Positions 49,753 through 62,471 are shown, counted from the stretch's first letter. The stretch is 64,000 nucleotides of DNA from an uncultured Verrucomicrobiae bacterium (GCA_963726745.1 CAVSDR010000006.1:64001-128000); one strand, 5' to 3'. The notes: generated from the letters alone by a model not told the origin. Numbers and translations: made by a program.

Positions 49753-50361
49753 CTAAATCTGCCGCCGGCCTGAAAGCGCCTGGTAAAGCGTGAGCTCGTC
49801 GGCTGATTCCAAACCGCCGCCTGCGGGCAAGCCGTGAGCGATCCGGGTGAGCTTGACCGGGAAGCGCTTGAGCAGGTCGACGAGATAGTTCGTGGTCGCC
49901 TCCCCTTCCACGTCGGCCGCGAGCGCGAGGATCACTTCCGCAAACGACTCGCGCTCGAGCCGCGCGACCAGTTCATTGATCCGCAAATCCTCCGGGCCCA
50001 CGTGATCCAGCGGCGAGATCCTGCCGCCTAACGAATGGTAGCGCCCGCGGAAAGCGCTCGTTTTCTCGAGCGGGAGAATGTCGGTCGGCTGCTCGACCAC
50101 GCAAAGGAGGTCGGGGATGCGGATCGGGTCGGTGCAGATCTCGCAGAGCTCGGCTTCCATGGTGAAAAAGCCGCACTGCACGCAGGGCCGCACGCTCGCG
50201 CGCGTCTGCGCGATCGCGGCCGCGATCTCCTCCGGGCGGGCGGTTTTAGCCTGCACCATCCAGAGCGCAATGCGCTCCGCCGAGCGCGGGCCGACGCCGG
50301 GCATCTGGCGCAGGTGGGCGATTAACTCCCGGATCGCGACCGGATACTCGATCTTCCTCAA
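49753..50361 (-). CDS. recR: recombination mediator RecR
   Basis: PGVGPRSAER HhH, CxxC..CxxC zinc finger, Toprim VEGEAT..Y, TRIAHGLP; start codon uncertain. Confidence 0.95.
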   Translation of the reverse strand: MRKIEYPVAIRELIAHLRQMPGVGPRSAERIALWMVQAKTARPEEIAAAIAQTRASVRPCVQCGFFTMEAELCEICTDPIRIPDLLCVVEQPTDILPLEKTSAFRGRYHSLGGRISPLDHVGPEDLRINELVARLERESFAEVILALAADVEGEATTNYLVDLLKRFPVKLTRIAHGLPAGGGLESADELTLYQALSGRRQI

Positions 50362-50369
50362 GGCGACGG

Positions 50370-51611
50370 CTACGGCGTTTCCACCAGGTTGAGCGCGAGC
50401 GGCTCGAGCCGACGGAGATAAAGCTGCAGCGGCGCGTCTTCCTCGCCCTCCGGGCCGCGCGCTTTCTGGAATTGCGTGTAGGCCTCGGCCCAGCGCTTTT
50501 CCCGATAAAGGACCACGCCCTGCCAGAAGTAGTCGCGCCGCGCGATCTGCTCGGCCGAAGCTTCGCTCGCGAGCATCAGTGGCTCGTAAATTTCATGGCG
50601 CTCGCGCACATCGACCCCGCTCAGGAAATCGATCGGACGCGCGACGACGTTCTTGCTCGCCATTTCAAACGTCCCCGGCCCGATGAGAATGTGCGAGCCG
50701 TAGAAGCGATTCGCGATGCAGAAGCGGCGCGCCAATTCCACCGGCTCGCCGATCGCGAGCAAGGCGCGCCGGCCTTCCTGCGGCACGGGCGCAAACATCA
50801 TCGGCCCGGTGGCAATGCCGACGTGCACGCTGAAACGCCGGAAGGATTCGTCGCGGCCGGTGCGCTGTTTCTCGAACGATTCGAAGAGCTCGAGCGCGTG
50901 GCGCGTGGCCTTCTCGGCGCGCTCGCCATCCTCCGCGGGGAAGCCGAAGAGCGCGACGATGCCTTCGCCGGTGATCGTCTCGATGTAAGCCCCCGCGCGG
51001 AGAAATGACTCGGTCGCGTGGCGGATGAACTTGTCGGTTAATTCCGCGAGCTGCGCCGGACTGCATTCTTCCGCGAGGTCGTGCTTGTTCGCGATGTCGC
51101 AGACGACCGCGGTGACCTCGTGCGCCGCGGCCTCCGGGTTGTAAGCCAATTCGCCGGCCGCGATCGCGCCCACCCGCTCCGAGGAAATGCGACCGTGGAA
51201 AAGCTCCCGCGCCATCCCCGCTTGGCTCCGCCCGCCGAGCGCGACGTAGGCATAGGCCGCGCCGAAGCCGAGGAGCGTGGCCAGGACCGACGGCAATGGC
51301 TGGAAGAACATCTGGAAAAGCAGCCCTACCCAAGCAATCCCGAAAAGCTCGAGGACAAAGAGCACGAGCGGCAGCACCAACCGCTCGCGGCGCGTGCTCC
51401 TGACCACCAGCCAGCAACTGCCTAACGAGAGCAAAACCACGAGAATGTACTGCGCGCTTACGCTCACGACCCGAGCGGGCGCCTGCCCGCCGAGGAGCAG
51501 CTGCATGAAGGCGGTCTCCAACGGCAGGAGCAGACGCGTGGCGTAAAGCGCGATCACGATCGCGCTTACAATCACGCCCAGGACCAGCGCCACGAGGGTG
51601 GTGCGTTTCAT
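50370..51611 (-). CDS. membrane-bound class III nucleotide cyclase-like protein (degenerate active site) with C-terminal TPR-like helix
   Basis: Four TM segments; VCDI, GEGIVALFG, VHVGIATG, IGEPVELARR. Confidence 0.78.
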   Translation of the reverse strand: MKRTTLVALVLGVIVSAIVIALYATRLLLPLETAFMQLLLGGQAPARVVSVSAQYILVVLLSLGSCWLVVRSTRRERLVLPLVLFVLELFGIAWVGLLFQMFFQPLPSVLATLLGFGAAYAYVALGGRSQAGMARELFHGRISSERVGAIAAGELAYNPEAAAHEVTAVVCDIANKHDLAEECSPAQLAELTDKFIRHATESFLRAGAYIETITGEGIVALFGFPAEDGERAEKATRHALELFESFEKQRTGRDESFRRFSVHVGIATGPMMFAPVPQEGRRALLAIGEPVELARRFCIANRFYGSHILIGPGTFEMASKNVVARPIDFLSGVDVRERHEIYEPLMLASEASAEQIARRDYFWQGVVLYREKRWAEAYTQFQKARGPEGEEDAPLQLYLRRLEPLALNLVETP

Positions 51612-51625
51612 TCGCAGGATTGCTC

Positions 51626-53221
51626 TCAGTGATTCTCCGATGAGGCAAGCGGATAGTGCGACTGCACCACCAGGTCGCTGAGAAATTTATCCGGCGCCTC
51701 GACCGCCGCGCGCGGCAGCTCGAACTCGGTTTGCCCAGTGTTTTTCTGCACCAGGCTGAGGCCAAATTGGTAATCCTTGAACAGGTGCGCGCAGAGTTCC
51801 GCCATGGTCATGCGCTCGGCCTGGGCGCGTTCCGCAAGGCGCATCGCGCGCCGCTTCGTCGAAGCGAATTGTGAGCCCGTGCTCGCGGGTGAATTCGTCG
51901 GCAAAAACGCGCGCCTGCTTCGCGTAGCGTGGCCGTCTCCTGGCGATCGCCTTCCGCGAGCAAGCGCTCGAGCACCCGGGCAGGCTCGCGCACCAGCTCG
52001 CTGGAAACGCGCAGCTGCGTGAGCCCGGAGCCAGCGAGATGATACTTGTAGTCGCGGAATAATTTCTCCCAGACGGTGAGCAAACCGCGCGCGCCGGTTT
52101 TCTCCTTGGCCGCTTCCGCCGCCATCAAGCGCAAGCGCTTCATCCTCGAAGCTGATCTCGATCCCGTAGGCGCGGAAGGCGCGCTCGTATTGCCGGAGGA
52201 TGCTCCCCTCGGAGAACTTCATGATCTGGTAGAGATCGTCCGCGCTTAGTTCCTCGCAGACCACCCGCACCGGCAGGCGGCCGATGAACTCCGGCTCGAA
52301 GCCATACTCGATGAAATCGGCCGTGCGCACGTGCTGGAACAACTCGTTATCCATCACCTGCCGCGGCTCGGCGTTGAACCCGATCTGCCCCTGCGTGAGC
52401 CGCCGCGAGACCTGCTTCTTCAAGCGCTCGAAGGCGCCGCTGACGACAAAAAGAATGTGCCGGGTGCTGATCGTCTCGCGCTTGGCCTTCCCGCCGCGCT
52501 TCTGGAATTCAAACGCTGCCTGGAGCTGCGCCTGGATATCGTTCGCGCTGCGGAGCGCCACCTCCGTGTCCTCCATCAGCTTGAGCAAGGTCGTCTGCAC
52601 GCCGCGGCCGCTGACGTCGCGTCCGCTCACGTTGGAGGCCGCCGCGATCTTGTCGATCTCGTCGATGTAGATGATCCCAAACTGTGCCAGCTCCACGTCG
52701 CCATCCGCCTTCTGCACGAGCTCGCGCACCAGGTCTTCGACGTCGCCGCCGACGTAACCGGTCTCGCTGAACTTGGTCGCGTCGGCTTTGACAAACGGCA
52801 CTTTGATCAGCTCCGCGATGTGCTTGATCAGGTAGGTTTTTCCGACGCCGGTCGGGCCCACGAGGATGACGTTCTGCTTGGCGTATTCCGTTTCCTCGGC
52901 CTTGGCCGCGTCCTCCTGCGCGAGCCGCCGGAGATAGCCGACGTGATTGTAGTGATCGCAGACCGCGATCGAGAGGACCTTCTTGGCCTCATCCTGCTGG
53001 ATCACGAAGCGGTCGAGATGCGCCTTGATGTCGCGCGGGAGGAAATCGAAAGCAAAAGCGTCGCGCTCGTTCGGCGCCGGCTTTTCCTCGGGCCCGTTTT
53101 CCGACGTTTCCGGCTGGGCAAAAGTGGCGAAGGAAACCTTGTCGCCGAAGTTCGTTTTCATGAACTCGGAGAGCTTCGACTTCAGTTCTTCGGGCGACGG
53201 AAAGGGCGGGTTTTGTTCCAT
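51626..53221 (-). CDS. ClpX-like AAA+ ATPase (two compensating frameshifts near 52135 and 51900)
   Basis: GPTGVGKT, DATKFSETGYVGGDVE, IYIDEIDKI, RDVSGRGVQ, IGF loop, PEFIGRLP, TGARGL. Confidence 0.88.
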   Translation of the reverse strand: MEQNPPFPSPEELKSKLSEFMKTNFGDKVSFATFAQPETSENGPEEKPAPNERDAFAFDFLPRDIKAHLDRFVIQQDEAKKVLSIAVCDHYNHVGYLRRLAQEDAAKAEETEYAKQNVILVGPTGVGKTYLIKHIAELIKVPFVKADATKFSETGYVGGDVEDLVRELVQKADGDVELAQFGIIYIDEIDKIAAASNVSGRDVSGRGVQTTLLKLMEDTEVALRSANDIQAQLQAAFEFQKRGGKAKRETISTRHILFVVSGAFERLKKQVSRRLTQGQIGFNAEPRQVMDNELFQHVRTADFIEYGFEPEFIGRLPVRVVCEELSADDLYQIMKFSEGSILRQYERAFRAYGIEISFEDEALALDGGGSGQGENRRARFAHRLGEIIPRLQVSSRWLRAHAAARFQRAGARACPGARALARGRRSPGDGHATRSRRAFLPTNSPASTGSQFASTKRRAMRLAERAQAERMTMAELCAHLFKDYQFGLSLVQKNTGQTEFELPRAAVEAPDKFLSDLVVQSHYPLASSENH

Positions 53222-53304
53222 GCGAAAGGTGTGACCCGCCGACGGCACGGGGCGTTCAAGAACTTATCCGCCCCGCTGGGTGTGTAAAACCGCGCGGCGC
53301 GGTG

Positions 53305-53313
53305 TGGTATAGT
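53305..53313 (+). promoter_or_regulatory. extended -10 element (TGnTATAGT) 5 nt before the copA ATG
   Basis: TGGTATAGT at 53305-53313, ATG at 53319, no Shine-Dalgarno sequence. Confidence 0.55.
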
Positions 53314-53318
53314 CACCC

Positions 53319-55625
<2,307 letters not shown>

Positions 55626-55629
<4 letters not shown>

Positions 55630-55879
55630 AAGCGCACGGCCAACCCGGCGAACGGCTGGTTGCCCACGAGGTTCACGCCCGTCTCGACGTAAAAATGGCC
55701 GGCGTTGACGGTGGAGGGCCCGGCCGATTGACTGGGTCGATCGGCCGAGAGGCGCGCAAAGGACGATCCGGAGTCGCTTGGAAAAGATTATAGCGGCTCT
55801 TCTCGACCGGGCTGCTCTCTTCCGCGAGCGCGGCGTCGACCGCCAGCAAAAGACAAAAGAAACGCAGGGCAATTCGCAT
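55626..55879 (-). pseudogene. internally deleted remnant of an outer-membrane transporter-family gene
   Basis: Signal peptide + KSRYNLFQATPD, then after a frameshift LSADRPSQSAGPSTVNAGHFYVETGVNLVGNQPFAGLAVRF*: N-terminal DRP..TV.AGHF..E motif joined directly to a barrel-type C-terminus. Confidence 0.5.
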
Positions 55880-55963
55880 CCGGCCTACCGAAATTTTAAC
55901 CAGCATCCTGGCAATCGCCCAAGCGGCATCGACGAAGGGATCGCTTCATGCTATAAGAGGAGC

Positions 55964-56308
55964 ATGTCGCGTCGGCTAACGACTGGTCTGCTCCTTCTGG
56001 TGGCGTTGCTTTTGGCGCCGCTCCAGGGACCGGTGCAGGCCTGTGCCATGAGCACGACGCCGGTGGCGCAGAGTGCGGAATGCCCTTGCTGCGCGACGAT
56101 GAAGTCGTGCGTTTTGCCGCAACAAAATCCTGCCGACACGAGCACTGCTCCAGCGGTGCAAACGGTCGCAATCGTGCTCGCCGCCCCGGCGGCGACGGTC
56201 TTGTTGCAGGAGCTTCTGGCCTCTCCGGCTGACTTCACGGCGGCGACGCCGGTGGTGCTTTCCGCGGGTCCTTCGCGCCTCGCGGTCCTCTGCACTTTCC
56301 TCATCTGA
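55964..56308 (+). CDS. Cys-rich small exported protein upstream of the metal efflux operon (DUF2946-like)
   Basis: Signal/TM segment, ACAM..ECPCC..KSC, Pro/Ala-rich linker, terminal RLAVLCTFLI. Confidence 0.65.
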   Translation: MSRRLTTGLLLLVALLLAPLQGPVQACAMSTTPVAQSAECPCCATMKSCVLPQQNPADTSTAPAVQTVAIVLAAPAATVLLQELLASPADFTAATPVVLSAGPSRLAVLCTFLI

Positions 56309-56389
56309 TTCCGGGGCGCTGACAGGCGCAGTGTGCCCATTTCCGGGCACTCCTCTTGGACGTTCTCCGTCCGTGAACCCCCGAATCTC

Positions 56390-57661
56390 ATGAAGAAACT
56401 ATCCCTATTCCTACTACTACTCGTTAGCCAAAGCAGCCACGCCGCCGAGACACTTTCCCTTGAGGAAGCGACCCGGAAAGCGCTGGCTAATTATGCCGGG
56501 CTTCGTGCGGCGCACGCGAAGTGGGAGGCGATGAAGGCGCGCGTCCCGCAGGCCGCCGCCTGGGAGGACCCGATGGTGGGCGTCGACTTTGAGCGGCGCG
56601 AGACCACGCGCTTTGACACCTACAGCGACGCCGAGTGGATGCTCTCGCAAAAGCTTCCGCTGGCGGGGAAAAATCGCAGCCGCGCCCGCGCCGCCGAGGC
56701 CGAAGCGCGCGCGACGCTCGATGAATATCGCCGGCAACAGCTCGACCTGGTGGCGAAGGTGCGCGCGGCCTATTTCCGCTGGTTGAATGCGACTGCGCAG
56801 CTCGACGTGAACCAGCGCAACGATGCGCTGCTCGCGCAATTCTTCGAGATCAGTCGCGCGAAGTATTCCGTGGGCACGCAGACCCAGGGGAGCCTCTTGC
56901 TCGCGGAAACGGACCTGATTCGCCTCCAGGAAGAACGCCGCGCGCTCGAGCGCGAACTCTCCGATGCGCAGTCGGCGCTCAATGTCCTGATGAATCGCCC
57001 GGCCCGCACGGCGCTCGGCCAGCCGGTGGAGGTAAACGTGCGGCCGCTCCGCTTCAATGCCGGCAAGCTCGAGGCGCTCGCGCTGCAATTTCGCCCGGAG
57101 CTGCACCTGGCCGCGAACCGCATCGCCGCCGAGGAGCAGCGGTTGCAGGCGGCGAAACGCGATTGGATTCCGGAGCCGCAGGTGCGCGTGGAAGCGCGTT
57201 CCTTCAAGGGCTCAGGTCGCGGCTTCAACGAATATGACACCGGCGTGTTCTTCAACGTGCCGCTGGGGAACGTGGGCAAATATCGCGCGCAGGAACGCGA
57301 GGCGCGCAGCAGTCTCGAGCAGGCCCAGGCCGAGCTGGAAAACGCGCGCACGGAAACGCTCGGCCTGGTGCGCGACGCACTTGCCAAAGTCGAGACCTAT
57401 CGCCATCACGTGGAGCTCTTCCGCGACCAGCTCCTCCCGCTCACCGCGCAATCGGTCGAGACCAGCCGCAACGGCTACGAGACGGACAAGTCGAGCTTCC
57501 TCGAGTTGATCACCGCGCAGCGCACCCTGCGCGACACCGACGCGACGTATCTTCGCCATCTCGCTGACTACCGCATTGCCCTGGCCGAACTCGAAGCGGT
57601 CGTGGGCGTGGACCTGCAGATTTTCCCAACCTTCCGCCTAACGACTGATTCCTCCAAATGA
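56390..57661 (+). CDS. TolC family outer-membrane efflux protein (CusC/CzcC-like)
   Basis: Signal peptide, OEP helical repeats, GYETDKSSFLELITAQ; first gene of the cusBA-like operon. Confidence 0.9.
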   Translation: MKKLSLFLLLLVSQSSHAAETLSLEEATRKALANYAGLRAAHAKWEAMKARVPQAAAWEDPMVGVDFERRETTRFDTYSDAEWMLSQKLPLAGKNRSRARAAEAEARATLDEYRRQQLDLVAKVRAAYFRWLNATAQLDVNQRNDALLAQFFEISRAKYSVGTQTQGSLLLAETDLIRLQEERRALERELSDAQSALNVLMNRPARTALGQPVEVNVRPLRFNAGKLEALALQFRPELHLAANRIAAEEQRLQAAKRDWIPEPQVRVEARSFKGSGRGFNEYDTGVFFNVPLGNVGKYRAQEREARSSLEQAQAELENARTETLGLVRDALAKVETYRHHVELFRDQLLPLTAQSVETSRNGYETDKSSFLELITAQRTLRDTDATYLRHLADYRIALAELEAVVGVDLQIFPTFRLTTDSSK

Positions 57662-58912
57662 ACTCGCTCCGCCTCCTTCTCGTCGTCCTTCTCCTGGCCA
57701 CCCTCGGCTGCCACCGGAGCACGCCGCCAAAAACAGACAGCAACATCGATTACTACACCTGCAGCATGCATCCCTCGGTGCACGCCTCGGAGATGGGGAA
57801 GTGCCCGATTTGCGGGATGGATTTGGTCCCGGTGCTGAAACGCGGGGCCGCCGCCAGCGCCGACCGCTCCGACGGCCAACGCGCCTAACGAGTTCAGCGT
57901 CCCGGTGGAACGCCAGCAGCAGATCGGCGTGACCTATGCCCCGGTCGAGCGCCGCGCGCTCGAGCACACGATTCGCGCAGTCGGCATGGTCGAGCCGGAC
58001 TCGACCCGCCGCTGGAGTTTCGTCTCCCGGGTCAACGGCTACGTCGAGAAGCTCTTCGTCACCTCGCCGGGCGAGATCGTGGAAAAAAACGCGCCGCTCC
58101 TTTCGATCTACAGCCCGGACCTGCTGACCACGGAGCGCGAACTCGTTTCCGTCTTTAAGATGCGCGACGACGCGCGCTCGCCCGCGGCGCGCGCCACGGC
58201 GCAACGCTTGATCGAGGCCGCGCGGTCGCGCCTGGAACAGTGGAACGTGACTGCGGAGCAGATCGCAGCCCTGGAAAAGAGCCGGCAACCTTCCGAGTTC
58301 CTGACCCTCCAGTCGCCCTTCCGCGGGATTGTCGAGCGCGTCGCGGCGCAACAGGGCGCCAGCGTAAAACCGGGCGACGCGCTGGTCGAAATCGCCGATC
58401 TCTCGGTCGTCTGGGTGTGGGCCGAGTTCTACGAGAACGAGCTGCGCATGCTTCAGCAGGAACAGGAGCTCGCCCTCACGACCGCTTCTTATCCCGGAGA
58501 AAATTTTGCCGGCAAGATCGCGGTGATCAATCCGTTCATCGACCCGGCGAAACGCACCGCAAAAGTCCGGATCGACATCGCCAACCCCGACTTCAAGCTC
58601 CGCCCCGGCATGTTCATGAACGCCGAGCTCGCGATGGCCATGGGCGAGGGCCTGACCGTGCCCGTGAGCGCGATCATGCCCACCGGCTCGCGCAACATCG
58701 TTTTCGTCGATCAAGGCGACGGCAAACTCGAGCCGCGCCTGGTCGAGCTGGGCGAAAAATACGGCGAGCGCTACGAAGTCCGCCGCGGCCTCCAGGAAGG
58801 CGAGCGCGTGGTCGCGAGCGCGAACTTTTTGATCGATGCCGAAGCCAAAGTGCAAGGCGCGCTCAAAGCCTTCGAAGCCCCCGCGCCCAGCCCGGAGGAG
58901 GCGCAGCCGTGA
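57658..58912 (+). CDS. cusB: CusB-like membrane fusion protein (frameshift near 57870)
   Basis: YYTCSMHPS..CPICGMDLVP, then QQIGV, IYSPDL, LRPGMF, ERVVASANFLIDAE. Confidence 0.85.
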
Positions 58913-61900
58913 TCGAAAAGCTGATCGACTGGAGCGCGCGGAACAGGTTCCTCGTCATCGTCTTTACCCTCTTCGCGTTTGCCGGCGGGCTTTACGCGCT
59001 CCGGCACACCCCGCTCGATGCCATCCCGGATCTGAGCGATGTGCAGGTGATCGTTTACACCGATTGGGAAGGGCGCTCGCCCGACCTGATCGAGGACCAG
59101 ATTACCTACCCGATCACGTCGCGTTTCATCGCCGCGCCAAAGGTGAAATTTGTCCGTGGCGAATCGATGTTCGGGAAGTCCTTCGTCTACGTTATTTTCG
59201 AGGACGGGACGGATATCTACTGGGCGCGCTCGCGCGTGATCGAATACTTAAGCTCGGTCCGCGGCTCGCTGCCGGAAGGGGTCAATCCGGTCATCGGTCC
59301 CGACGCCACGGGAGTCGGCTGGGTTTACGAGTACGCGCTGGTCGACGAGACCGGGAAGCAAAGCCTGGCGGACCTGCGTTCCTTCCAGGATTGGAATCTG
59401 CGCTACGCCCTCGAGTCGGTGAAGGGCGTCGCCGAAGTCGCGGCCGTGGGCGGCTTCGTGAAGCAATACCAGATCGATCTCGATCCGAACAAACTCGCGG
59501 CTTACGGCATTACGCTGAGCGACCTCGTCGCACGCGTGAAAGCGAGCAACGGCGACGTCGGCGGCAAAGTCTTCGAAGTCGCGACCACGGAGTATTACGT
59601 GCGCGGCCGCGGCTACATCAAAAGCGTGGACGACATCGAGAATATCGTCCTCAAGGTCGACAACGGCACGCCGGTCTACGTGCGCAATGTCGGGACCGTC
59701 CACCTCGGCGGCGACCTCCGGCGCGGGGTCGCGGAGTTGAATGGCCGGGGCGAAGTCGTGGGCGGGATCGTGGTCATGCGCTACGGCGAAAACGCGCTCG
59801 AAGTAATCGATGGCGTGAAGCGTAAACTCGCCGAAGTGCAGTCGTCGCTCCCGGAGGGCGTGCGCGTCGTGCCCACTTATGACCGCAGCGAGCTGATCAA
59901 GCACGCGATCAAAACGCTGCGCGAAAAGTTGATCGAGGAAAGCATCGTAGTCGCGCTCGTTTGCATCCTTTTCCTCTGGCACGTGCGCTCGGCGCTGGTC
60001 GCGATCATCACCCTGCCGATCGCGATCGTGCTCGCGTTTTTGCCGATGCTGCAGCTGGGATTAACCAGCAACATCATGTCGTTAGGCGGCATCGCCATTG
60101 CCATCGGCGCGATGGTCGACGCTGCAATCATCATGGTGGAAAACGCGCACAAGGCGCTGGAGCATTTCCGGGACGAGCACGGGCGCGAACCCGATAATCG
60201 CGAGCGCGTGGAAGCGATCATCGGCGCGGCAAAATCAGTCGGCCGGCCACTCTTTTTCTCGCTCCTCGTGATCACCGTGAGCTTCATCCCGGTCTTCTCG
60301 CTGACCGCGCAGGAAGGCCGGCTTTTCAAGCCGCTGGCTTACACCAAGACCTTCTCGATGTTCTTCGCCGCGCTCCTCGGCGTGACCTTGGTGCCGGTGC
60401 TGATGACGCTGCTTATCCGCGGCAAGATCACGCCGGAATTTCGAAATCCGGTGAACCGCTTCCTCATTTGGGTCTACCGCCCGGCGGTCGATTTCGTTCT
60501 TCGTTTTCGCTGGCTCACGCTTCTGAGCGCGCTGGTTATTTTACTGCTCACGCTCATTCCTTTCAGCCGCCTCGGCTCGGAGTTCATGCCGCCGTTAAAC
60601 GAAGGCACGATCCTCTACATGCCGACCGCAGTGCCGGGGATGTCGATCAACGAAGCGACCAAAATCCTCCAGATCCAGGACCGGCAACTGAAAAAGATTC
60701 CCGAGGTCCTGACCGTCTTCGGGAAGGCCGGGCAGGCCGACACTTCGACCGATCCCGCGCCGCTCTCGATGTTCGAGACCGTGATCACGCTCCGCCCGCC
60801 TAACGAGTGGAGACCGGGGATGACCTGGGAAAAAATCCTCGAGGAGATGAACGCAATCAAGACTCCTGGGATGGCGAATATCTTCTGGATGCCGATCCAG
60901 ACGCGCACGGAAATGCTCACCACCGGCTTCCGCACTTCGTTAGGCATCAAGGTCTTCGGCGACGACCTCGGGACGATCGAGGAAGTCGCGGTGCAAATCG
61001 AGAAAGCGCTGGCTGATTTTCCAGACACCCGGAGCGTCTTCGCCGAGCGGACCACGGGCGGTTACTTTCTCGACTTCACGGTCAACCGTGAAGCAGCCGC
61101 GCGCTACGGCCTGACCGTGGGCGACGTGAACGACGTCATCGAAACCGCGATCGGCGGCAAGACGATCACGACCACCGTGGAAGGGCGCGAACGCTACCCG
61201 GTGAACGCGCGTTACGCGCGCGATTTTCGCCAGAACCTCGATAGCCTGAAGCGCGTGCTTGTCCCCACCCCGACCGGCGCGCAGGTGCCGATCTCCCTCC
61301 TCGCGAAGATCGAATACAAAACCGGCCCGCCCTCGATCCGGAACGAGAACGGCAAGCTCGTCGGCTTTGTCTTCGTCGACCCGGCCACGAGCGACATCGA
61401 AGGCTACGTGCGCGCGGCGGCGCAGCGGATCCAGGAGCGGGTGAAATTTCCCGCCGGCTATTACATCGAGTGGGCCGGGCAATTCCAATACCTCAAGGCG
61501 GCGGAAAAGCGGCTGCAATTAGTCATCCCTTTCACCCTCCTGATCATCTTCGTGCTCCTTTACCTGAATACGAAGTCGGTCGCGAAAACCGCGATCGTCC
61601 TGCTCGCGGTCCCCTTCTCGTTAGTCGGCGCTTTCTGGCTGATCTACTTGTTAGGCTACAACATGAGCGTGGCCGTCTGGGTGGGCTTGATCGCGCTCGC
61701 CGGGCTCGATGCCGAGACCGGCGTGATCATGCTCCTCTACCTTGACCACGCCTGGGAAAAACGCCGCGCGGAGGGTCGCATGAACTCGTTAGCCGACCTC
61801 CAGGCGGCGGTGCGCGCAGGCGCGGTCGAGCGGATTCGTCCGAAGATCATGACCGTTTGCGCCATCCTCTTCGGGCTCCTGCCGATCATGTGGTCGCCCG

Positions 61901-62079
61901 CGACCCAGGCGGGTGCCGATGTGATGAAGCGCATCGCCACGCCGATGATTGGCGGTATTGTCACCTCGGCGCTGATGGAATTGCTGATCTACCCGGTGAT
62001 CTACGTCCTCTGGCGCGGGCGGGCGCTACCGGCGGAAGATTTGAACGTCCAACAACTTCAACCCATCGAACAAACATGA
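58909..62079 (+). CDS. cusA: CusA/CzcA family heavy-metal RND permease (Cu/Ag type)
   Basis: TPLDAIPDLSDVQVI, GPDATGVGW, IGAMVDAAIIMVENAHK, EFMP..EG.ILYMP, SMFET; GTG start at 58909. Confidence 0.94.
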   Translation: MIEKLIDWSARNRFLVIVFTLFAFAGGLYALRHTPLDAIPDLSDVQVIVYTDWEGRSPDLIEDQITYPITSRFIAAPKVKFVRGESMFGKSFVYVIFEDGTDIYWARSRVIEYLSSVRGSLPEGVNPVIGPDATGVGWVYEYALVDETGKQSLADLRSFQDWNLRYALESVKGVAEVAAVGGFVKQYQIDLDPNKLAAYGITLSDLVARVKASNGDVGGKVFEVATTEYYVRGRGYIKSVDDIENIVLKVDNGTPVYVRNVGTVHLGGDLRRGVAELNGRGEVVGGIVVMRYGENALEVIDGVKRKLAEVQSSLPEGVRVVPTYDRSELIKHAIKTLREKLIEESIVVALVCILFLWHVRSALVAIITLPIAIVLAFLPMLQLGLTSNIMSLGGIAIAIGAMVDAAIIMVENAHKALEHFRDEHGREPDNRERVEAIIGAAKSVGRPLFFSLLVITVSFIPVFSLTAQEGRLFKPLAYTKTFSMFFAALLGVTLVPVLMTLLIRGKITPEFRNPVNRFLIWVYRPAVDFVLRFRWLTLLSALVILLLTLIPFSRLGSEFMPPLNEGTILYMPTAVPGMSINEATKILQIQDRQLKKIPEVLTVFGKAGQADTSTDPAPLSMFETVITLRPPNEWRPGMTWEKILEEMNAIKTPGMANIFWMPIQTRTEMLTTGFRTSLGIKVFGDDLGTIEEVAVQIEKALADFPDTRSVFAERTTGGYFLDFTVNREAAARYGLTVGDVNDVIETAIGGKTITTTVEGRERYPVNARYARDFRQNLDSLKRVLVPTPTGAQVPISLLAKIEYKTGPPSIRNENGKLVGFVFVDPATSDIEGYVRAAAQRIQERVKFPAGYYIEWAGQFQYLKAAEKRLQLVIPFTLLIIFVLLYLNTKSVAKTAIVLLAVPFSLVGAFWLIYLLGYNMSVAVWVGLIALAGLDAETGVIMLLYLDHAWEKRRAEGRMNSLADLQAAVRAGAVERIRPKIMTVCAILFGLLPIMWSPATQAGADVMKRIATPMIGGIVTSALMELLIYPVIYVLWRGRALPAEDLNVQQLQPIEQT

Positions 62080-62471
62080 CTATGAAGAAACTCGTTATCC
62101 TCGCTTTCTCCCTCGCCGCCCTGGCGGCACCGCTCCGGGCCGCGGAACCGGCCGGCGACGAACAGCAATTTCTCCAGCACTACGTCAAGGTGCAGGCCGC
62201 GCTGGCAGCCGATGACCTCGCGGGCGCAAAGCAAGCCGCCGGCGAGCTGGGAGCGGAAGGCAAGCCGCTGGCCGAGAGCGAAAAAATCGCCGACGCGCGG
62301 AACGCCTTCGAGAAGCTGAGCGAGAAAGCCATTCCCCTGGCCAAAGGCAAGCCGGAGTACTACGTGGTCAATTGCCCGATGGTGAAAAAGGATTGGGTGC
62401 AACCGAAGGGCTCAATCGCAAACCCGTATGCGGGCAAGGCAATGCTCACCTGCGGAATGATCAAGAAGTAA
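62076..62471 (+). CDS. DUF3347-like exported protein
   Basis: Signal peptide; Y..VQAALAADD, ARNAFEKLS, CPM...W..IANPYAGKAMLTCG. Confidence 0.82.
   Translation: MTMKKLVILAFSLAALAAPLRAAEPAGDEQQFLQHYVKVQAALAADDLAGAKQAAGELGAEGKPLAESEKIADARNAFEKLSEKAIPLAKGKPEYYVVNCPMVKKDWVQPKGSIANPYAGKAMLTCGMIKK

Noticed and set aside
53253..53262. GTTCAAGAAC as a second LexA box between clpX-like and copA
   Set aside because: Spacer is 2 nt instead of 4 and the outer T/A bases do not match TGTTC-N4-GAACA.
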